DNA from: Klebsormidium nitens
Taxonomy: Eukaryota > Plantae > Klebsormidiophyceae
Direction of reading: 5' to 3'
Length of the DNA: 48,393 nucleotides
Assembly: GCA_000708835.1 (NCBI GenBank)
Contig: DF236974.1
Location: 1-48,393 of the forward strand
Under the pieces are notes generated by a model, which saw only the letters and a list, made by a program, of their open reading frames with translations, was not told the DNA's origin and ran no database searches. Position numbers and translations under genes: made by a program. Below are positions 10,779 to 20,422 of the stretch, in pieces (position 1 is the stretch's first letter; each line of letters opens with the position of its first letter).

Positions 10779-12474
10779 CTACCGAGTCTAGGTGGCCAGG
10801 GTCCAACGGCGAACAGTCACGGAACGGATTTGTAAACGATTAAATACGCTACTATGCTACCGAGCCTCGGTACAGCGTGACCCCGCAGGTTATCAAGCAG
10901 CTCCACCATCATTACAAGGTCTTCACATACCGAGCCTCGGTAGCAGAATATTTTTACCGGCTCCAACAGCTGACCATTACCGCTAACGGTTACCGAGCAA
11001 CTAGAGTCTTGTGAAAAGGAACCATTATCGGGACCATTATCGCTAGCTCATATTTCAAAAAACCCCCGGAAAAGTCTGTTTCTACCGAGCCTCGGTAGAA
11101 ACCGACCGCAAGGGACCGGCACAAAATATAGCTACAATGTTAAAAAACGGGACGGGGTTGACCGTTACCGCTTACCGTTACTGCAGGATATCGCCGTTTG
11201 CTTGCGCCCCTTATCCGTCCTCACAATGCCCCTTTACAATTAACTTGGATTATGACGGGACAACCAACGACCACCCGGCGGCGTCGCTTGTGACAAGACC
11301 GCGGGAAATCTAAAAAGATTGACGGGACAAGGATCTGAGTCTATACACTTGGTATTGACTATGATATTTGTATAATCTTTAGGCTTCCTCCAATGTTGGC
11401 CCTCTCCCTGTGGGCGCGGCACAATTTACTGAAAATTACACTCCGATATGGAGCATTCTGATTGGTTGTTTGGATGTGGGCATCCACCACGGCGTTGGAT
11501 ATTAACCATAGGTTTGGATTTGGTAATCATTGGACCATCCCTTAGATCCACCCATTCCCATTATCGTCAATCTGCGTGGCCAACCGATGGCCGTCCGATA
11601 GGGTCGGGTTATCAGATGACACGCCCTACGGCCCACAGAATCGCGATATTTATCGTTACACACGCTTTTAACACTGCTCATATAACAAATACAGTCGGTA
11701 CTTCATGGATACCACTGTAACGCTTTCCCCCGGCCGCATCGTTTCCCGCAATCGGACTGGAAATTGGTATTTGTATTAGTAAAGGTAGTGCCCGGTAGAA
11801 ACGATGGCTACCGAGATCTCGGTAGCATTCGTGCAGAACTTCGGAAGCTTCATTTCTTTTTAGTGAGCAACGGAGCGGATTTTCTTGGGCGCCCAAGAAA
11901 AAAGTCAACGCAAGTCAACGCTGGAGGGACGGTGCGAATCAAGGTAAAAAGGCCTTTTTTTCTTTTGTTTTCTCAGAGTCGAAACACTTCAACTCTGCGA
12001 CGTTTTCTAGAAATCCCTGTGTTTTTCTGGGTTTTTGGTTGCCTGGTGTTGCTACCGAGGCTCGGCAGCTCACGCTTGTTCAAGTCACGCTGATTCGTTG
12101 CTACCGAGCCTCGGCAGCTCACGCTTGTTTGAGTCACGCTGGTTCGTTCCTACCGAGCCTCGGTAGCATTGCCCTGTAGTAGCCTGCAGCGGCCTTTTTC
12201 TTCAGGAAGCTACCGAGCCTCGGTAGCTTCTGCTGTTTTTAGTTGACTATCCTGGTACCTTATTCTTACGCTAGTCGATAGCAACCGAGGCTCGGTACCC
12301 AACGATATCTTGAGTTGTTACTTCTCGCGAGATCCTCCATTGCTGCCGAGCCTCGGTAGCATTGCCCCATTGCAACAGCCGCAGGCAGATTCGCTGATAA
12401 TCTACCGAGCCTCGTCAGCAGACGCTGTTTCTTACCTTGGCCGTACGGTGGCCAGTCGCCACCGAGCCTCGGTA
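10779..12474. repeat. Central palindrome field between the divergent genes (~13 copies)
   Basis: Copies near 10779, 10856, 10928, 11081, 11807, 12051, 12100, 12150, 12209, 12281, 12342, 12402 and 12458. Confidence 0.95.
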
Positions 12475-13920
12475 ATTTTGCTTCGTTGCAGCTGCTGTTG
12501 GTCGTGTTCCGTTGAACTGAACCAAGTGCGATATTTTGCTGCTCCTTGCAGACGATTCTCAGATGATCGGAAGTCTTGGGAAAGCCGTCCTTTCTAAACA
12601 AAGTGGGACGTGGGAGTGGGGCGAAAAGAATAGTCTTGACAGTAGGTCTGAGAGCACCGTCGAAATGGGAGGGGCAAAGGGAGGGGCAAAGGGAGGTGCA
12701 AAGGGAGATGCAAAGGGAAAGGGTGGGCTTAAGAGGGTGGCAACTGCGGAGGCCGAGGGCAGTGGCAAGGCGGCTAAGAAGCAGAAGCCCGAGGCCGCTG
12801 GTGGGGCTGGACCAGTAGTGCCAAAAGCCAAGAGGAGCGGAGCCGTGAAGAAGGACGGGACGCCTTCGAACGGTGGGGAGGAGGAGTTGACGGAAGTGCC
12901 GCCCGCGCACGTCAAGGTCACCACCCCGGGAAAGATGAAGGCGGGTGCAAGCACTCTGGGGATTCGGGCTGCGCAGGGGGTCCTTTCGAAGCTGGAAAAG
13001 ACCTACCTGCAGACCACCCTCCAGGAGCAGATCAAAGATTTCGTCCCGGATGATCTGAGAAAGATCAAGCCTGATGGGATAGTGACCATCCCCATTGGGT
13101 ATCTCTCGACCGAGGACGAGATGATCGGAGGGGAGCTGATGTCCTTCAACCCGCGTCAGCTGAACGCAGACGGAGTGGCGCGGATCCGGCAGAGGTTCCG
13201 TATCAATGGGTTCGACACGACGAGGTCCATCTTGACGGGGGTCGTGTCGGTGAGTAGGTTGGTTTTGTTTGTAGAAGGAATGGTGGAATGAGAGGGTGAT
13301 ATTGTGATGGATATTTTGCAAGACTTTGGTGTTTATTGGCGACCATTGCTTGTAAGGAAAGATGCACAAGTTGCGAGAGTTGTAGGATATGGATGCTTGT
13401 GATTCGAATGACAACGCACCTTCAAACGGAACCAATCTGACTCATCATGGGGATCGAATAATGTTTTTCTGTTAACATTGCAGTACAACGGGATGACCTT
13501 CCCGATGGACAAGAAAATGCGGGATAGCTGGGACGAGGTGGAAAGAGAGAACATCAAGGATTGGAAGGAGTATTTGGAGAAGACGAAGGGGACAAGCCCT
13601 CTGAGTGCGTGGACGCTGAAGCACATCGCAGGAGAGGGGAAGTCGTGGGGGAACAAAGTGAACGTGTCCGACGGCAAGCACAGGTGAGTATAGATTGGAG
13701 ATGATATGAGAGAGTATAATAGGAGTATGTCTGTCCAAAAGGTGGCTCGTTTCTCATTGTAGGTAGTTGCTACGGAGCATATGTAGGAATGCTGAGGAGA
13801 GGATTGGTGGGTTTTGTTGCTTTTGTCACTGCTGATTTTTTATATAGCTGACAGGTTTTGTTAAGGATGATGGACAGCTGTGCTCTGCTGGTAGGCTGAA
13901 TAGCACGCATAGTGGCACGT

Positions 13921-14086
13921 TGCTACCGAGCCTCGGTATAATAGCATAGAGCAAGCAAAATGACGCCGTTGCTACCGAGCCTTGGTAGAATAGCATAGAG
14001 CAAGCAAAATGACGCCGCTGCTACCGAGCCTCGGTAGAATAGCATAGAGCAAGCAAAATGACGCCGTTGCTACAGAGCCCCGGTAG
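13921..14086. repeat. 49-bp tandem repeat (~3.4 units), each unit carrying the palindrome; intronic
   Basis: Palindromes start at 13922, 13971, 14020 and 14069. Confidence 0.95.
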
Positions 14087-14817
14087 GATAGCCTACAACA
14101 GAATACTATATGTAGTATTGGTTATCTTGCGGTGTGGGATTCTCAAATAGTTTGTTCTTTCCCATTTTCAGGGTGGAAGCGGTGAGGGAGGAACAGAGAG
14201 CGAATTTCCACTCCCTGAAGCTGGACCCCCAAGGCAAGAGGCACCCGATGGTAAAGGTGCAACTGCTGGACGCGTCATCGGACATGATGGGGAAGCTGCT
14301 GGCGTCCTGCAACGCAATCAACGAGCAAACCTCGCAGGGCATCCAGAAGCAAACCATCCCGCTCAAGATCATGACTGTCAGGAGCTGTTGAGGAATCTCA
14401 CGGCAGACCAGGTGGACGAGCGGTTCCCGCTCAAGGTGAGTATAATTAGGATAATACAAATGTAGAGACTGTGAAATTGTTGCGCTGAAACTGGTTCACA
14501 GGCAATTTGCGTAGGTGTTGTTGATGCTGCTGCAAGGATGCAAATGCTGGATCCATGGAGAGGCTACGAAGGAGTTCACATTGCGAGGTACTCATAAACT
14601 GGTCTCAAACGTTCTGCTAACATCGAATATGATATAATGCAGACGCTGGAGACGATGTCGACAATGGCGGGCAACAAGCTGAACCTAGAGTACGTTTTCT
14701 ACAAGCCCCGTGGGGTCGGACAAAGTGGAGAAGATCGCCAAGCTCCAAGTAGCCATGATGGTGGACCCCGTCTTCGAGTAAGTTTGCTTCTACTTTTGTG
14801 ACGTTGATTCCGTGCTT

Positions 14818-15166
14818 GCTACCGAGGCTCGGTAGCAAGCAGAAAAGCTCTTCCAAACAGTTGACCATAGTTCAGTCTACTTCTTCAACGACGGCCATTC
14901 TAGACAAGAACCTGCTTGCTACCGAGTCTTGGTAGCGAGCAGATCTTTAAGACCACAGCAAAGCATGTGTAGGGGCTCGTAAAAGGAATGATAGTCTTGG
15001 TTTCTCGATTGCTACCGATCCTCGGTAGCGGGACTCGTTATAAGGGGTATATAGTGCATCCAACCCTTCGAGACAGAGGGGACTCCGCTTCAGATCAGTC
15101 CGTTGTTACCGAGCCTCGGTGGGGTGCATCCAGACAAATAGTACTTTGCTACCGAGGATCGGCAGC
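14818..15166. repeat. Intronic palindrome cluster (5 copies)
   Basis: Copies near 14818, 14918, 15011, 15107 and 15148. Confidence 0.9.
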
Positions 15167-17213
15167 ATGCTGTATTTGAGAATCTCGTGAAGTATCTGAT
15201 AGAGAGATTTGGCAGTAGCTAATGTGATTTTTCTGCGCTTACAGGGACGACGTGGCGGGCTGGCAAACGGCGGACAACCCCCCCGACTCCACGCCCTTCG
15301 CTTCGCTGTGCAACACGAAGCAAAGCGAGATGCGGAGGCTCTGAACGGCAGCCAACCACGTGGCGGGATCGGGGTACGAGAAGGCGCTAGAAGCCATCAC
15401 CCAGGACACGGAGATCGCAGAGGGCTTGGGGAAGGAGGACCTGTACACGCTGGTGGGTACGGGCTTGAGTGAAGAATGGGTGGAGGAAGCGGTGTGGAGA
15501 ATCTTTGTGAAGAAACCGGCGCAAGCGGAAGAAGAGGGGTTCGGGAGGTCGTTGGAGAAGATACGGCAGATGTGCAAGGGGTTGGGGTACGCGTACAAGG
15601 TCATGAGGGAGGGGCTGCAGTGGCTGCGGAGGCTGAAGATCCTGAAGGATGAGCCGGTGTCGAAGGACGGGTCCCCAGACATCTCGTGGAACTTCGCCTC
15701 AGCGGATGTGAAGGCGTTGTTCCGGGTGAAGAAGTCGGTGGAGTACCCGGAATGGGTCATGAGGCTGGCGTTCAGCAAAACGAAGAAGGGGGCGCACTTG
15801 GCGCGGTACATGTTCGGGCAGGGGCAAGAGTGCAAGGAGAAGGCGAGCGCCAAGACAAAAGAAGAGCAAGGACGTGGAGGAGGCGGGCAAGAGGTCGGTC
15901 TGCCAGCACCTACAGTGGCTATTCTCGCCGTCGGAGGGTTGGACGGACGCGCAGAGCCTGTACTCGGGGGTGCCGGAGGCGCTGGACCTGCGTAAAAACG
16001 TGCTAGAGGCGATTGCGACTGGGGCTGTGTTCGGTGGAAACTGGGAGGTTGAATCAGCAGCGGCGACGGTGTACAATCTCGAGGACGAAAAGAAGCTCGG
16101 GGTGCCGTTGGAGAGGGACTGTGGGGGGGAAGTTCCGGAGGGACTGATCGAGCTTGGGAAGGAAACGGGGCGGGAATACATCACGAGGAAGGTCAGAGCG
16201 TACAAATTGAACGTTCAGATTGGAGTGGAGGAGGTCGCAGAGGAGGGTCGGGAGGGAGAGGGGAAGCAAAGCCTGTCCATCAGCTCGACGGAGGTCTACA
16301 ACGTGGTGGAGGAGTCAAACTCCTTCGTTTTGCCGTCGGTAGCGAAGCTGGTGGAGGGATTGGAGTACCTGTGGCTGCTGGACGACGGAGACTGGGAGTC
16401 GAAGAAGAAGGGGGTGGACATGGTGTGGTTCAACGTGCCGCTGCCTCGGTGCGTGCTTACCGACGGGGAGGCGGCAAAGTATGACCCGCGGCAGCAGCGG
16501 CCGTGGGAGACCGACGAGGTGCTGGGGGCGCTGGAGCTAGCGAAGAAGCTCCTAACGCCTGCGGGGGTGCTGGTGGTGGTGGCACCTGTGGGGTTCCCGG
16601 AGTCGGCGTTGGACGGGACGAGTTACACTGGCCTGGTCACCGCCGTGAGATCGACTGTCACGTTGGTGATGGGTTTCAAGAAGTCGAAAGTGAGAATGTC
16701 CTATAGTTGAATAATAGTTAGCCGTTCTTGTTGATCAATTGAGAGTTGGATGTTTGTGGTTAACACCAGAGGACAAATGAGCACAACTTATTCCTAGAGT
16801 AGTGTGTTCTGCTGGTTTCCTACGGCATGGCGAAATAGGGCTATTGGAAAGATAGCAATTGAACGTTGCTTCCGACTTGCTTGCAGGACACGACCAAGCA
16901 CGTGTACGGCTGCCAAGGCAACACGTTCAACGTCTACTACGTGACGCTGGCGGCGTCGGACCTGACGTCCATGGTGAAGGGAAGTGCGTGGAGGGACACT
17001 CTTGAAGGGGTACCTTTCCACGGAATCTTGAAGAAGCACGGCTCGTACAAGGTACGGTCCCGTTTCTGCGTGATACAATGTTTGTCTTCCCTTTTGGAAT
17101 GTAAGTGTCATTGGCCTGAGAGTGTCTTGGGTTTTAGGGTCATTAGTTCGAATCTTGAAGGAGTGACTGTATTTGGGAACGGCATGGTTGTGCGCACTCC
17201 AATAGCGGTCCTC

Positions 17214-17427
17214 CTACCGAGGCCCGGTAGGAAACGGATCTTGTGTAGTCCGTCTGATAGGGATCGTCCTACCAGCTACCGAGGCTCGGTATAAACGGAT
17301 CAGGCGAGACCAAACAGCAGTGCTGGAAGGAGGCTCGAAACTGAGGCATTGCTACCGAGACTCGGTAGCAATCTGCAAAGAATGTTGTTGCTCTCTTTTA
17401 CTCGTCATTGCTACCGAGGCTCGGTAG
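17214..17427. repeat. Intronic palindrome cluster (4 copies)
   Basis: Copies near 17214, 17275, 17351 and 17410. Confidence 0.9.
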
Positions 17428-18552
17428 TTAAGCCTCCTTGGACTGAGCTGTGAATGATGTTGCCTGTTATGCTTTAACCGGAAAGTTGATTATTACCTCT
17501 CTGCCGTGTCATGTTCAGCCCTACTCTTTCCTTGAGTGGGAGGCCTCTGGCAAGGGGCTGTCGACCAAGATGGTGACGAGCCTGCTCGGGGGGGTGCCGC
17601 CGCGCGGTGGGACTGCCGTCGTGCTCAACGCCAAGGGGGGCAGGGAGGTGTCGGCCATATCAAAGGCCGGCTTAAAAGTCCTTGCGACGTACTCCGAAGC
17701 AAAGGAGACGTTCCCTGGAATGCTCGAGGATTCGAAGACGGGGAAGAAGTGGGGGGGTACCGACGGGTCAGCAGCAGAAGACCAGGTGGAGAAGGGGCCG
17801 ATAGAAAAGGCGCCGACGGAGACGGCAGGAGCAGGCCAGTCGAGGGGGAAGGAGAGGACCGCGGAGTATGCGGAGTCGGTTGCCGGAGACGCGGGCAGGG
17901 ATAAGTCTGCGGAGGATGTGGATGAGGAGAGGGCCGAGATCGAGGATGAGCTTGCGGAGGCCGCGGCGGAGGGTGAGGAGGGCGAGTCGGAACCTGCAGA
18001 GGGTGAGGATGAGGAGGGCGGGGAGGAGCCTGCAGAGGGTGAGGAGGGGACAACAAAGGAGAAGGGCGAGGAGGGTGCAGGAGACAAGGAAGGGGAGAAG
18101 GCCGCGGGGACGGCGCAGCCGAAGGCAGCTGGGGGCTCCGGAGAGGCAGGCGAGTCAATCGCCGGCAGCTCGGACCCCTACACTCTAGAATTGAAGCGTT
18201 TGGACGCTGAGAAGGGAGAGTAAGGTTGATTGTAGAATACATGGTTGTGGAGTAGGGCAGATGATGTGCTGGGTAAAGAGGGTGTGATAGGGGATGGATC
18301 AGAAGACATGGAAGGAATAGTTTTTTGGCAGGGCGTCATGAATGTCATGACATGGATGAACGTGGACATTGTTGGAGCTCAAATATTGTGGCTCACGTAA
18401 TTTGAATGAGATACTGTCATTCAGTGTCGCACTCCAAATGCACATATATCGTGCGCTTCTTCACGGTTAGTTAATATAACGGGCCAAATTATGTATGTGC
18501 ATACTTTGAAGCACTAGTATTGAGTGCTTTGTATGGCCTTCGCTTTGTGCAG

Positions 18553-19187
18553 CTCGTACGCACGAGGCCAGCGGCAGGCGCAGCCGGCCGCACCAGGCCA
18601 GCGGCACGCTCAGCCGGCCGATCTTGTTGCGAGATAGTCAGGGATACATCAGGGGAGAATGTATCCAAGCGGTTCTAGACTGGCTACAATCGTGTAAGCC
18701 CGGGTTCCGGTGCCCGGAGTTTTACATCTGTAGCGCGCGAGCGGATGGCCTGGATGTGGAGAAGGTGTGGGACAGTTTGAAGAGGAAGGTACAGTAAGGA
18801 GATGTGGAGTGGCAGTGCGTTGGCACAATGGTGAACCTGGGGAACATCCATTGGGCTGCGCTCGTAATCTACCGGGGAGACAGGGCAGTGGAGTACTACG
18901 ATCCGTTTGGAACTCCGCCAGAGCCCAAGGTCCGAGAATTGCTCGAAGTCCTCGCAAGAAGAGTGGGGAGAAATGTGAGCAACGGAGCGCCGTTCGGGGT
19001 GAGGGTGAACAAGGCGCAACACCAAACCAGCCTAACGGAGTGCGGCCTGCACTTGCTGATCTTCGTGTACAGGAGGTCAACGAACAAGAGGTGGTTTGAT
19101 TGCACGACAGGCACGACGGGGTCAATGAAGGCCTTGAAAGCGTTTTCGAAAGTCATTTTTAGTGGAGAGGCCCTTTTCAATCAGTAG
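18553..19187 (+). pseudogene. Ulp1-like (peptidase C48, clan CE) cysteine protease with a premature stop
   Basis: LLRDSQGYIRGECIQAVLDWL...*...VNLGNIHWAALVI...VEYYDPFG...QHQTSLTECGLHLL gives a His-Asp-(Gln)-Cys set. In-frame TAA at 18795-18797. Confidence 0.8.
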
Positions 19188-19544
19188 AGTCGCCTTGGAA
19201 AATACTAGACAGGGGAATGCGTAACAGAATGTGACAAACATTGTAAGCACACACATTACCGTTTTTGGAATGATGTTCAACCATCAGAAACTATGATCTT
19301 GCTTCATTTGCGATGAATGGAATGCACGGGGTCTATAACCATCATGAAATGGGTGTATGAACATGAACGGGCTAACGGTCAAGTCTCGAACAAGTACATA
19401 CGAGTGAGGAATACCAAGGAAATACCAAGGAAACTGTTTAGCGCGGTACTGAACCGGCTAAACGGCCTTTGTTGAATATTGAAAGGACACTCAACGGTGC
19501 GGTTAACCTTGGGAGCATAGGGAAGCGGGGGCCGGGCCCGAAAG

Positions 19545-19570
19545 CCCTAAAACCCTGAAACCCTAAAAAA
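19545..19570 (-). repeat. Short telomere-like tract CCCTAAAA-CCCTGAAA-CCCTAAAA
   Basis: Three TTTTAGGG-like units on the minus strand next to the right AT-rich tract. Confidence 0.75.
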
Positions 19571-19571
19571 G

Positions 19572-19793
19572 GTAATTAAAACATTAATAATTAATTTTCT
19601 AATAATTATATAAAATAAAATGAATAAATCAAAAAATATTATAATATAATATAAATTAATGCTTTAAATACAATAAATGTCTTAAATTTGCTGAAGTTGC
19701 AAAATAGATGACGTCAGCACGTGCAAAATTTTGGAGAGTTCGCGAACTTTCGGAGAGTTTGCGGGGTTCGCAAACTCCCCAGATCTGGCCTGC
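19572..19793. repeat. Right subterminal region: AT-rich tract, TGACGTCA, GAGAGTT/AAACTC motifs
   Basis: AT-rich ~19572-19680, TGACGTCA near 19709, and GGAGAGTTCGCGAACTTTCGGAGAGTTTG plus CAAACTCC at 19733-19780. These are the same motifs as at the left end. Confidence 0.65.
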
Positions 19794-19813
19794 CAAACTC
19801 TCCTGATGGCCAC
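19794..19813 (-). repeat. Right terminal inverted repeat
   Basis: CAAACTCTCCTGATGGCCAC is the inverted copy of 6-25. Confidence 0.9.
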
Positions 19814-19822
19814 ACTCGGGTC
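19814..19822 (+). repeat. Probable 9-bp target-site duplication (right copy ACTCGGGTC)
   Basis: Its last five bases GGGTC match window positions 1-5 GGGCC at 4/5. The first four bases of the left copy lie outside the window. 9-bp TSDs are typical of MULEs. Confidence 0.6.
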
Positions 19823-20422
19823 GGAGGCTTGACTGAACCGTTGATGTCAGAACTGTATGTACTTCTTTAACCTCAGGCAACCAATCGCAAATAGTAATTG
19901 GAGGCCCCGTGGGGAGAGGAACTGAGGAATGCATGCCGAAATGAAGAACTGAAATGAGAAGGGAGCGCTAAATGTGTAGTAGACACATACTGTGCGACTC
20001 GGGCGGCCACTCAGACTGCCACGACCAAGTTTACGAAGGCCCCTTTACCGCGTTGAGCTCAGGCGTTACCGCCCAACGCCGCGCTGAGAATGACTTATGC
20101 TCATTTCTAGTTGTTGAGTTGGTGCGCTCCGCAAATTATGTGCGCTATTTGAGCAAAGCTGGATTGGAGTTTGGTGACTCTTTAAGTTTGTGCCTTCAAG
20201 TTCGACCATTGGCAGCTCGGCCTCTTGCAAGTTGCAGCCTGTTTTCTTGCCGGGGCCTATGCTAATCAAGACGCATACAGACTCACAGAGCCTGCTTATT
20301 GCGAGGGGTTTGCAGAGTTTGCATCTAGGTGCGGAGTAGAGGAGCAGCAAACTCCATTGTGCTCGAGGAAAATTCGCTTCTAACCAATCCGTGTGGAGCT
20401 AATCGTTGGTGTGAGGTTTCTT

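Larger units (their letters stand above)
12665..18223 (+). pseudogene. Multi-exon gene: ParB/Srx-like domain, degenerate beta-class DNA-methyltransferase-like fold, acidic tail; disrupted
   Basis: Exons 12665-13249, 13484-13683 and 14172-14435 splice in frame to FNPRQLNADGVARIRQRFRINGF...VNVSDGKHRVEAVREE...LLASCNAINE. Later exons give VDMVWFNVP, KLLTPAGVLVV and GGTAVVLNAKGG. Lesions: frameshift ~14375, probable frameshift ~14715, in-frame TGA 15342-15344, frameshift ~15870. Confidence 0.7.
6..19813. mobile_element. Large (~19.8 kb) Mutator-like (MULE) DNA transposon, probably decayed
   Basis: TIRs at 6-25 and 19794-19813 match 19/20. The right flank ACTCGGGTC matches the visible left flank GGGCC at 4/5 positions, as expected for a 9-bp TSD. 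The element encodes a DDE transposase with MULE motifs, SWIM and an Ulp1-like protease. Both ends have AT-rich subterminal tracts. Confidence 0.85.

Noticed and set aside
12051-12474. True CRISPR array
   Set aside because: The repeat is only 17-19 bp, spacing is irregular, the same motif is scattered in introns, there are no cas genes and the context is eukaryotic. Kept as a repeat finding instead.
12670-12720. 12-bp repeat encoding (GAKG)x4
   Set aside because: Low-complexity coding repeat in a disordered N-terminus, not a separate element.
18767-19187. Polinton/adenovirus-type maturation protease indicating an endogenous virus
   Set aside because: No capsid, packaging ATPase, polymerase B or integrase is seen. 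The upstream sequence and MULE context fit an Ulp1-like protease.
6411-19570. Integrated linear replicon with telomeric ends
   Set aside because: The tracts have the wrong orientation for chromosome ends, and one lies inside a transposase intron.
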